Assembly (NCBI GenBank): GCA_964016885.1
Contig: OZ024743.1
Coordinates: forward strand, 234,794,001 to 234,858,000
DNA from: Eledone cirrhosa
Taxonomy: Eukaryota
Direction of reading: 5' to 3'
DNA: 64,000 nt
In this document: positions 53,386 through 64,000 of the stretch, in pieces
Layout of the letters: every line of letters starts with the position of its first letter
How positions within the stretch are numbered: position 1 is the first letter of the stretch
The notes under the pieces: generated by a model
Database searches by the model: none
The model's input: the letters and a program-made list of their open reading frames with translations, nothing else
What the model was told of the DNA's origin: nothing
Translations under genes and position numbers: made by a program

Positions 53386-54914
53386 GTATATTATCCATTA
53401 GTTCTTTCCATCCACGCAGTTACTTATGTCTAGACACTATATGTTATTAAAAGTAGAAACAATTATATGTTATTATTTAAACGCTTATACTCTTTAAATC
53501 TATCCGTTCTTTTAGAGAGAAATAAGTAATAGTTGATTCTTATTTATTATAAAGACGAATGAAAAGAATGAATTTTCTGTGGGTTTTGAATTCAGGGAGA
53601 TATAATAGGAATTAAAACACATAAATATTATATAAACAATCTAATTCAATGCCTGGTGCATTGTTCTATTCAGCTTCAAAGTGTTAAATTTATTAGGGAA
53701 GTAGTTTCGTATTATTGGCGCCGTCAGTTAAACGGACAAATTAGGATTTTTTTTAATTAAAAACGGAAGAAAGTATATTATAACCACGATGTTTCAAATG
53801 AAAATAGAGTTTATGGAACCTTATAAATATAATATACAATCAAAGTCAAAAGAACAAAAACATCTAAGTGCTTCAATCGGTCACACCACAAGGGGCATCG
53901 GAACCCCCCTTCTAATACTTTTTGAGGCAAGCCAACGCGCTTAGGAATCGAAACCGAATTGCTGACATTTCCTTTTTAAAATCTTAATCTACTGCATAGT
54001 TAAATGCTGTTTACAAAATACTATTTTTTTTTTAAACAAGAGGAAACGGACAATTGTACCATCTCTGGCTTTCTTTCATTAATAAATATTTTCACTCGAT
54101 TATGCAGTAGGATAATTTCTCTACTTTGTAAGCTTAAGTATCGACTCACTGGTACTTATTTCGAACGCAAAATATAAAAACATCTTCCTTTTTGTTGGAT
54201 AACTCCATTGACTTCATGAACCACAAATAAACAGAAATATTTGCTAAAAAGTGATTTGAAGCAAACTGGCAATCTTTCGTTTTAGGTTACTTAATGTTAT
54301 TTTTAACCTCATATTATACTTTTTATTACCGATTTCACTTTTATACTTTTTATTATCGATTTCACTTTAGAAGTACATACATATAATCAATTAATTATTA
54401 TATTAAACCTTATAAATGTAATAGACAAAATTATATAATCAAAGTGAGAAAAAATAGGAAAAAAATCCATCATAATAAGGGTCATCGGAAATTTTTGAGG
54501 CAAGCCAACACGCTCGCAGCAATACCACGTGTGATGGCGAGGCTAAGGCACTGAAACAACCAAGCACACTCACTTAGTGAGATTGATATACTTGATGTTG
54601 ACTTTGAACATCTGCTAGTGAATGTGACCAAGAATGATATTCTTTAGGGTTTATGTTCTGGGGAGGAAAGAATGTGCATAGTGATTAGTGTGGGGTCTTT
54701 GATGGTGATAGTGTACAACTAGCTAGTTCCAGGGAACAGATTCTATTGTAACAGGAGTAGAATAGGCAGAGGAGACAGTGTTTATAGGGCTAGAGGTTGA
54801 GGTAGGTTGCTGAGGGAATCTTTTGGATGCAGTCTAAGATATTTGTATGTTTAGCAGCAACACCACTTCAGATGTTGGAACATCCATTATGGGTCTCATT
54901 TAAGCTTTCTAGAG

Positions 54915-55169
54915 TAGTGCTTCTCAATGTTTTCTTCCTTGTGACCCATTTTTGGTGTAAAAAAATGTCAGGCTCACATTAGCACAAATAGGAATTTTAT
55001 TTACTAAAGCAAAATGTAGTAGAACATATATTTACTTTTAAAAATAAAGTAAAGCAGTTTGTATTTTCATAATTTTATGCTATTCAGGAAAAAAAAAAGA
55101 ATTTCAAAGCCTACCTATTTCCCTATAGGCCCATTAAAAATATTTCTAGGTCTATATTGAGAATCACTG
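54915..55169. mobile_element. hAT-type MITE in POLR2D intron 1
   Basis: Perfect 8-bp TSD TTCTAGAG (54907-54914, 55170-55177); TIR TAGTGCTTCTCAAT / ATTGAGAATCACTG. Confidence 0.85.
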
Positions 55170-55538
55170 TTCTAGAGTGTTAGCAGCTAATCAGAATTGT
55201 GAGTAACAATTATTATGTGATTAAATTACTAGACTACTGACATGTTAAGTTGTTATGACTACTGGCATGGCCATAGTTCAAACCTTACAGTCATTCTGTT
55301 ATGTCCTGACACCTTACTTAGTTCTAGTTTTCTTAACCATAAAATAGACTCGAATCCCCGTTTTACAGTTGAGTGATTCAGATTAATAAGGATACTATCC
55401 AACTGTGAAAACTATTTCTCCAACAAATGAACCATCCCATCCATGGAAGCATGGATAAATGGATATAAAACAGTAAATAATATATTAAATAAAATAAATA
55501 ATTCTAATTATTGATTGTATTGTTAAATTTTTCTCCAG

Positions 55539-55596
55539 AATTTGAATCTGCTGAAACTTTATTAATATCAGAAGTACATATGCTTTTAGAGCACAG
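55539..55596 (+). CDS. POLR2D: RPB4 exon 2
   Basis: ttctccag|...[20 protein letters not shown]...|gtaagc. Confidence 0.95.
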
Positions 55597-56929
55597 GTAA
55601 GCCCTTTTGAAGTTTCTGTACTACCAATAGATATTTGGTTTCTTGATGTTTTTAAATGTTTTATTTATTATTTAATATACATTTTACTTATTATGGAGTT
55701 AAAATGAAGGGTAAGTCATAATTAACCAGGCAGTCAATGTATTTTATTGCAAGGTTCACAGATAATTTTTTAAACATCTGCTTCAAAATATATTGAGGAA
55801 CGGGGTCAGCTTTTCGAACACTTACTTTTACTTATATATTTTTAACTACATTTGTTTGATATTTTTATAATTTCATACATTATGACCAGAATTTTAGTAA
55901 ATTTTTCGAATATATATCTTGAATTGTCTGGTTACTTATGACTCACCCTATATTTAAATAGACACCTAGATATAGAAATGGTGTTTATTTTCCTAGATAT
56001 GTAAAAATTTTCTGACTAAGGAGCTAGTGTTCTTTGTTACCATTTCCGCCTTAGTCGTATATATGTGTAATCAATCTTCACTGTTGAATTGGTTCCTATT
56101 GTAGTTTAACCAAACTGAATTAACTGTATTTTAACAGACTATCTGAGGATTAGTCAGACAATCATATTTACTTTGCCATGAGTAAAAGTTAACATTTATA
56201 GATATACATTAAGTATGATTTATTGTTTATCTATGTCATACCACTTTAAATACACTGTAGTTTTATCTTTAATTTAAAAAAAATATTTGATGTATTAAAA
56301 GGTTTCTAATGAGTGGCGTATTGCTGGGAGTACATCCAAAAAACTGTCTGAAAAATTAGTAATTTTTGTTGGAAAATTATGAATGTCTGCACCCCCCAAA
56401 ATGAAAAGGACAATACGCTTATGTTTCTAATCATACTTTCAAAGCTTGCAAAATATTTGTCAACTAAGCTTATTAATACGCAAGGTTAAACATTTGTAAA
56501 CTTGCCTAAACTGTACTGTAACTAAATTCTTTGGATAGAAAGCATTTGTTTTAAAGTCTTTATATTTAAACCAAGCAGCATAAGTTTATGTAAAAATCTT
56601 TTGTATTCCAAACACCAATTTAATACTGTAGAAGTCTTTTATTTAACTCCTCTTAATTTTTTATGATTAAAAATAACCTTAGACAATGGTTATGAAAGCG
56701 TTAAAGCTTTCATTTAACTTCTACTTGATATATTTTAATTGATCATTTTCTATTAAATATTTTTTATCATTTTGGAAAGGCTCTTTACCAAAATGTAAGT
56801 AGTTTTACAGATAATCCAAAACACTTTAATTTTATACAGAAAGTTGATAAAAAATTGTAAAAGTTTATTTTGATATATCTTGTATGAATGAAATTGAAAC
56901 TGAAAATATTTGCTGTTTTGTTGAATCAG

Positions 56930-57052
56930 AAAGCAACAAAATGAAAGTGCTGAAGAAGAACAGGAATTATCTGAAGTGTTTGTTAAAACGCTGAACTATA
57001 CAGAACGCTTTAGCAAATTTAAAAACCGAGAAACAATTTCTGCTGTAAGAAG
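56930..57052 (+). CDS. POLR2D: RPB4 exon 3
   Basis: [40 protein letters not shown]; AG/GT boundaries in phase. Confidence 0.95.
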
Positions 57053-58082
57053 GTAAATGTTTCTTATTATCTTTTAACGAAAATGTTCATCTTGAGACAT
57101 CTATCATCACCATTTAACGTCAACTTTCCCTGCTATTAATGGTTGGACGGGTCTACATAGACCAAGTCAGTACTGAAGCGGGGTTACAGGCCGAGGGTTC
57201 TGTATTTCGCTAATGTATGGTCATATCGAGTACAGAGGAGAAGTTTTTGTGTCTTTTAAAACAAAATGAAGGGCCCACCTAATTCCTTGTTTGGCAAGCT
57301 TTCTATGGCTGGATGCCCTTCCTATCACCAACCGCCTTACAGCATGTACTGGGTGCATTTATCATGTAGATCACTAACAAAGGGTCCTCTCTATATTTAA
57401 CAGAATTTCTTAAAGCATTAAATAATTGTTTCTACTTTTGGCACAAGGCCAGCAATTATCCAGTGCATTACTGGTACTTTATTTTATCGACCCCGTAAGG
57501 ATGAAAGGCAAAGTTAACCTCGGCGGGATTTGAACTTAAAGCATTAAATAATCTCAGCTGATGAGAGAGAGGGGAGGGTAATTATTTAACTTGTATTATA
57601 TTTAATGGAACCTTTTTTTAATAAATTAGTTGACCTCCAAACTGATACCTAGTCCGAATATTTGCAGGAAATGTGTGGGTGGGGAGGGAACTAGTCTGAG
57701 TACTTGCAATAGGTAGTGTAAGTGGTGGCAGTGGTGTTAAACCCAGCAATGTGTTAGGCCTAACCCAATGGAACGATTTTGCTCATATTTATATTTGATA
57801 AATGGTTCAGGATATATATAAGAGCTGAAACACTAGCTTGAGGGGGTTTCTTTTTGAAGATCTGCTGTCCACCTCTCTCAAGAATTTCTTGCCACCACTA
57901 CAGTATACAGAAGTTCTTAATTTCTCTGAATTACAATTTCTTTTATTGGAGATAAATCAGACATTGTTTAACCCATGTTAGCATGGAAAAATGAAGATTA
58001 AACAGTGATGATGATGAGTGTTTAGCTGGGATTTTTCATTATTGAACGTTTTACATTAAGATTTGTTTTTCCTTCTTTTCAG

Positions 58083-58178
58083 TCTTCTACTTCAGAAAAA
58101 CTTACACAAATTTGAACTAGCAGCTCTAGCCAATCTCTGTCCAGACAACGCTGAAGAAGCAAAATCATTAATACCCAG
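58083..58178 (+). CDS. POLR2D: RPB4 exon 4
   Basis: [31 protein letters not shown]; AG/GT boundaries in phase. Confidence 0.95.
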
Positions 58179-58874
58179 GTATGTTTCTATGGTTAATACC
58201 TACATATAACACAAAATTGAACCCCCCCGATCTGGGATTATATTTAATTCATATGTTATATTTTGAGAGTCTTTGCCAGCATCAACATGTTTATCTTAGG
58301 AGGTAAGTTATTGGAGATTTAGCTGGAAGTTTTAAGACTTGATTATATTATTATAATCTAGCAAGTTCCTTCTCATTATATAGCTGGCTAAGTTTATTAC
58401 CTGGTGTGGGACTGTACAGCTACAATAGACACTGCACCACCATCAGCAGCTGAAACAAAATTCTTCAGGTGCAAATCCATGGTCTTTCGAGACCGATGGA
58501 TGATAAGAAGATATCATCATCATTATGTAACGTCTGTTTTTCCATCTTGCTATGGGTTACACATGACATGCTTGTGTATGTATATCATGTAGCTGTGTTT
58601 AAGTATGTATATATATTATTATAATAATACTGAACTGTAACACTCAGCTCCAATTATATGAGCTCCTTCTAAAGTCAACAGTTGACATGATCTTGTATCA
58701 GTAATGACGGTAATATATGTATGTGTGTGTGAGTGGCGTGTGTGTGTTTGTATGCATGAGTGTTGGTATGTGAGTGAGTGTGAGTGGCGTGTGTGTTTGT
58801 ATGCATGAGTGTTCGCGTGTGAGTGAGTGTGTGTGTGTGTGCCATACGTATGAGTGTCAATAAATGTTTTGTTT

Positions 58875-61800
58875 TTTTTTGCGCGGGGACATAGAAATAA
58901 TTGGGCTGGATACCCGATCGTGCAGTTAAACCACTGGGAGTGAAGGACCCCTAGCCCTTGTCAGAGCATTCTTCTAGGAGAAGGCATCTCAGGAAACTGG
59001 GTTAACTCCGACATAAAACCTGCGGCTCAGTAGTTACTGATGATGTTGATCTTTTCTTCTTTTTGGGTGATAGCTACTGTCGCTCAGAGAGTGGGATTGG
59101 CTCAGTGCACAGTCTTTCCTCACTTTAAAAATATTCTTCACACACAGGCATTGCACGATTGCATTAATTAATAACTATTAATAGTATTATTGTTATTATT
59201 GTTATGACCATGCTGAAAAATAGAGGGGTAGAGAGGGCCTATGGGTCCAGTAAGACATCCTCTCTAGTGTTGGTGGCACGAATAAAAGCACCCAGTCCAT
59301 GCTGTAAAGTGGCACTGGTGTTAGGAAGGGCATCCAACCAGTGTATCAATACCAAAACAATTATGAGCACAACAACAAATATATATTGCAATAACTGCGT
59401 AAACAGCAATAGTACTAATCATGTTAGGGCTGTGCACGGTAGTGGGGTGGCTGGTGCGGCCATGTGCAGGAACCCTCCGACCGTCTTCAAGCAATCGCAC
59501 TACAGGAAAAGGAACAACAAAAATATGAAGACGCCGCATCTCAGAGTTGCAACACTTAAAAGTAGATCTGGTGAAATAGTGGAGATGCTGGAGAGAAGGC
59601 ATGTGGATGTGTGCTGCGTGCAAGAAGTGAGATAGAGAGGTGCCTCTGCGAGACTAATTGCAGGCAAACATGTTAGTTATAAGCTTTTCTGGGTAGGTAA
59701 GGATGATGGGTTAGGGGGAGTAGGCATTTTCCTAGCTGAGAGATGGATCAATAAGACAATAGAGGTAGTTCGAGTTAATAATAGACTAATTAAGCTTAGA
59801 TTAGTTGTAGGCAGGAGACTACTGACAATCATCTCTGCCTATGCTCCCCAAGCAGGCCTAGGTAAGGAAGAGAAAAACTGCTTTTATGAGCAACTTTTAC
59901 AAACAGCCGTAATGACAGAGGATGGAGACATCGTTATGCTAGCAGGGGACTTCAATGGTCATGTTGGACAGCTCCAGGATGGTTACACTGGGGTACATGG
60001 TGGGCATGGTTACGGCTCAAGAAATGAAGGAGTGAGACTTCTTGAATTTTGTGATGCAAGTACACTGACCATTTGCAACACTAACTTTGAGAAACCTGCC
60101 AACCACCTAATAACCTACAAATTAGGCGAGCACATAAGCCAGATTGACTTCTTACTAGTTAGGCAGCGGGACAGGCAGATGGTGTCAAATACCAAGGCAT
60201 ACCCTGGGGAAGAATGTACCCCACAGCATAGGTTAGTTGTTAGTGATATCTCAGTAAGCAAGAGACGGAATGAGACATACAGGAAGGTGTGGAGAAGAAA
60301 GGTTTGGAAGCTAAAAGACCTTTCACTAAAATACAAATTTAGGAAAGCCCTTCAAGATGTGTATGATGAAAAAGAAGATGATTTAGAGTCGTATGACATA
60401 GATGATAACTGGAATTTCTTACGTGACAACTTACTGCAGGCTACTGATGAAACTTGTGGCTGGAGCAGAGCTCCAACCAGACAGAGAGTGACCTGGTGGT
60501 GGAACAGCACGGTATATAGGGCCATTAGAGACAAAAGACTAGCATGGAAGGCTTGGAAAAAGGGTGGGAGTAGAGAAGCTAGACGTCAGGTGTACTTAGC
60601 ACGCAGGGATGCTGAGAGTTGGACGTTTGCCAATGTTCTGCGACGGGAAGATCAGAGACGTGGTGTTCCACATTGCAAGGCAGTGTCAATGCAAATCAGG
60701 ATGTTGTTGGAGACAACATCCTGATTTGCATTGACACTGCCTTGTCCGGAATGATGCCGGTGTACTTAGTGTCATAAATGATAAGAAAAAGGAGGCCTGC
60801 AAATGTCATTATGAGAGATTGATGAATATGGAGAACGAATGGGAGAGAGAGAAATTACCCTCAGTAGATCCGTCAGAGGGACCAGCTATTGAGATTGACG
60901 AATATAGGGTCCAAGAGGCGATTAAGGAAATGAAAAATGGTAAGGCCGCTGTACCGTCGGGGATAGTTGCTGAGATGCAGAAGGCATCAGGGGACGTAGG
61001 CACTAAATTGGTTGCACGCATCATCAATCAGGCTATATATGGCGGTGTCATATCCAAAAACTGGTGAGGCAGTATTCTCATAAATTGCTACAAAGGTAAA
61101 GGGGATGCTCTGGAGAGGAGCAATTATAGGGGTATAAAACTGATGGATCAGGTTATGAAAGTGGCAGAAAGGATATTAGCACAACTAATTAGAGAAAGGG
61201 TCAAACTAGATGAGATGCAGTTTGGTTTTGTGCCTGGGAAAAAGTACAACAGATGCCCTCTTCTTGGTGAGACAATTACAAGAGAGGTTCTTAGAGAAGA
61301 ATAAGCCACTATACTTAGCTTTTGTTGACCTAGAGAAGGCCTTTGATAGGGTACCCCGATCTGTCATCTGGTGATCCCTATGGAAACTAGGTGTTGAGGA
61401 ATGGCTTGTGAGGACAGTGCAAACTTTGTACAGAGGTGCTGTCAGTAAAGTCAGGGTAGTAATGTAGTTTAGTGAGGAATTCCAGATACAAGTAGGAGTA
61501 CATCAGGGTTCGGTCCTCAGCCCGCTCTTGTTCATTATAGTTCTCCAAGCCATAACAGAGGAGTTTAAGACTGGCTGTCCATGGGAACTTCTCTATGCTG
61601 ACGATCTGGTTCTTATAGCAGAATCAGTAGACGAGCTAGAGAATAAATTCTGGCTATAGAAACAGCAGTTGCAATCAAGAGGACTGAGAGAGAACCTAGC
61701 TAAGACAAAAGTGTTGATGAATAGAAAAGAGGACAAAACTCTGATTCCGTCAGGGAAATGGCCATGTTCGATATGCAGAAAAGGAACTGGCATAAATTCT

Positions 61801-62513
61801 ATAAAATGCACACAATGCAGATCTTGGGTACACAAGACATGTAGTGGGATAGCAGGCAAACTAACAGGTAGGGAGAAATACGTATGTACTGGGAAATTAG
61901 ACAGTAGAAGTCGCATTGATAGACACATTTTTCAAATGCAGGCGGGTGCTATAGAATTGGTTGATAGCTTCCGGTACCTAGGAGATCAGATTAACATGGG
62001 AGGGGGGTGTTCCGAGGCCATAGTATCTAGAATAAGGACGGGTTGGAAGAAGTTTAGGGAACTGCTTCTGCTGACGAAGAAGGGTTTCTCCCTGTGTACG
62101 AAAGGCCGGTTATATGATGCCTGTGTGAGGAGCGCGATGCTGCATGGTAGAGAGACTTGGGCAGCAACTGCAGAGGATATGAGACGGCTGGAGAGAAATG
62201 AGGCAAGCATATTCCGTTGGATGTGTTGAGAGGGATAGAATGTAGTGTGCGAGAGAGGAGACTGCAGTGGTATGGACATGTGATGCGCATGGAGGATGAC
62301 CGATGGGTGAAGAAGTGCCAGGAAATGCCAGTTGAAGGAAGACATAGTAGAGGTAGACCACGAAAAATATGGGCGGAGGCAGTGAGAACAGACCTCAGAT
62401 TGCTGAAGCTCACAGTGGAGATGACGAAGGACCGTGACAAGTGGAGAGATGCTGAATAAGACCCGTCCCACCCTTGCAAGCAGGGAAAAGCGGCCGTAAA
62501 ATGATGATGATGA
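58875..62513 (+). mobile_element. Near full-length but inactivated RTE LINE in POLR2D intron 4
   Basis: APE (VCCVQEVR, ISAYAPQ, GDFNGHVG, QIDF, QHRLV), RT (FVDLEKAFD, HQGSVLSP, YADD), PHD-like Cys cluster, (TGA)n tail; multiple stops and frameshifts. Confidence 0.93.
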
Positions 62514-62749
62514 TATATATATATACACATACATATATAATAGTACATTATTTTTTTTTTCCCTTTGAAATGCCTTCTTTCTAATGTAAAACTTCAAGCA
62601 ATGGTTAATTTTAATAAAATATATATGCATAAATTATATTTAAGTCGGTATTATTATATATAATGTTGGTACTATTTTTATGTTTTGTTGACTTCTATCT
62701 CTTGTAACTGGGCTAGGTTATCTTACAACATTTAGTGTCAAAGTGATCA

Positions 62750-62946
62750 TTTTGGAGCCACAATAAAAGGCACCCAGTACACACTGTAAATGTGGTTAGT
62801 GTTAGGAAAGGCATCCAGCTATAGAAACCAAACCAGAAACAGTTCTATATGAGCAAGACACGGTCACCTGACCCGACTTGCCTCAGATGGGACAACCCCT
62901 CTAACCGATGCTAGCTTGGCGAATAGACGTTAAACGAGGATGATGA
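62750..62946 (+). mobile_element. SINE/RTE 3' module
   Basis: GTGTTAGGAAAGGCATCCAGC...GACGTTAAACGAGGATGATGA. Confidence 0.7.
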
Positions 62947-63689
62947 ATAAAAAATAAATTAGTTGTAAGCACAAAAATGATCTGGCTCACAAATATTGGA
63001 ATAAAAATATAAGAAATGTTGACAACAATTCTTTGACTTTTGACTGAACTTATGATGGTGTATTGGTAGTTGTTAGAACATCATATAGAATGCTTTGTGG
63101 TATTCATTCCGACCCTCTGCTCTCTGAGTTCATATCCCACTGAGTCAACTTAGCCTTTCATCTATTCAAGATCAATAAAAAAAGTACCAGTCTAGTACTG
63201 GGATCAATTCTTCCTCTATATCTTTTGCTTACTATCTATCCTTCAATGGAAGAAATCTGCTGTTGACAGGCTTGGAGAAAGATGGGCTCCGCCAGGCTTA
63301 AAATGCCCTCAAAATGCTGTATTCACTATAGCACCCTTACGACTCCATAAGGAGTTACGGGACCATACCATACCAATTATGATCCTCTGACCTTTAACAT
63401 AAATTAATTAGTTAATTTACATTTACCTTGAATTTTCTAGAAATAGCTCTGCATATATTTACCATATATACCTGAATATAAGCTGACCCCGCCCCATTTT
63501 ATGTCTGAGAAAAGGGTAAAATCCAAACCTCATTTATAAGCCGAGGCAGCTAATCAACACATTATTTAGATGGTTTATATAAGTTGACCGCTCCCCACTC
63601 TATTTTACCATCGATTTTTTGGTCACATATTTCTTGGCTTATATTCGAGTATATACAGTAATAAGAAATTGCCATTAAAAAGACACTAA

Positions 63690-63791
<102 letters not shown>

Positions 63792-64000
63792 AAAATAACC
63801 ATTGTAATTACCTCAATTTCATTATAAACCATTCCTTGTCATTTTATATTTTTTTCATTCTATATTTTCCTCACTAATTCTTGTAATTAAACACATTTCT
63901 TACATGAAAGCTTGTAAAAATCTGAACTGAATAAATGCTTGAATTGTTGAGTAAATATTTGAATTAATTGTGTAAATTATTTCATATCTTCCATGTTATT

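Overview
This is AT-rich eukaryotic (animal) genomic DNA. The repeat content (very long (TA)n/(TATG)n tracts, tRNA-derived SINEs with RTE-type tails, RTE/CR1/CRE/R4 retroelements, Penelope-like hammerheads) suggests an octopod cephalopod; this is an inference. Most ORF-track entries are microsatellite artefacts or decayed LINE pieces. Two host loci can be reconstructed by hand from splice sites. (1) A complete 5-exon POLR2D/RPB4 gene (53301-63791, +, 146 aa). (2) A BTB/POZ locus of unusual design. Four separate, uninterrupted, same-strand exons each encode a different transposase-derived DNA-binding domain: pogo-type Brinker/CENP-B HTH (9.5 kb), MULE-type FLYWCH (29.8 kb), Tc1/IS630-type HTH (38.7 kb) and Tigger-type psq/CENP-B HTH (40.5 kb). 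Each stops before the catalytic domain at a phase-0 GT donor. They lie upstream of one set of constant exons (42810-43015, 43111-43405, 46617-47639) that begins with a phase-0 acceptor and encodes linker + BTB + S/T-rich tail. A second copy of the BTB N-half exon sits at 2.6-2.85 kb with no visible partner exon of its own. The best reading is a variable-first-exon/constant-BTB transcription-factor diversification locus built by repeated transposase capture, an inverted analogue of insect mod(mdg4)/lola. The splicing is predicted from sequence only. Also present: a near-intact CR1-like LINE with a candidate -1 frameshift site, hammerhead ribozyme motifs, MITEs and a 200-N assembly gap.
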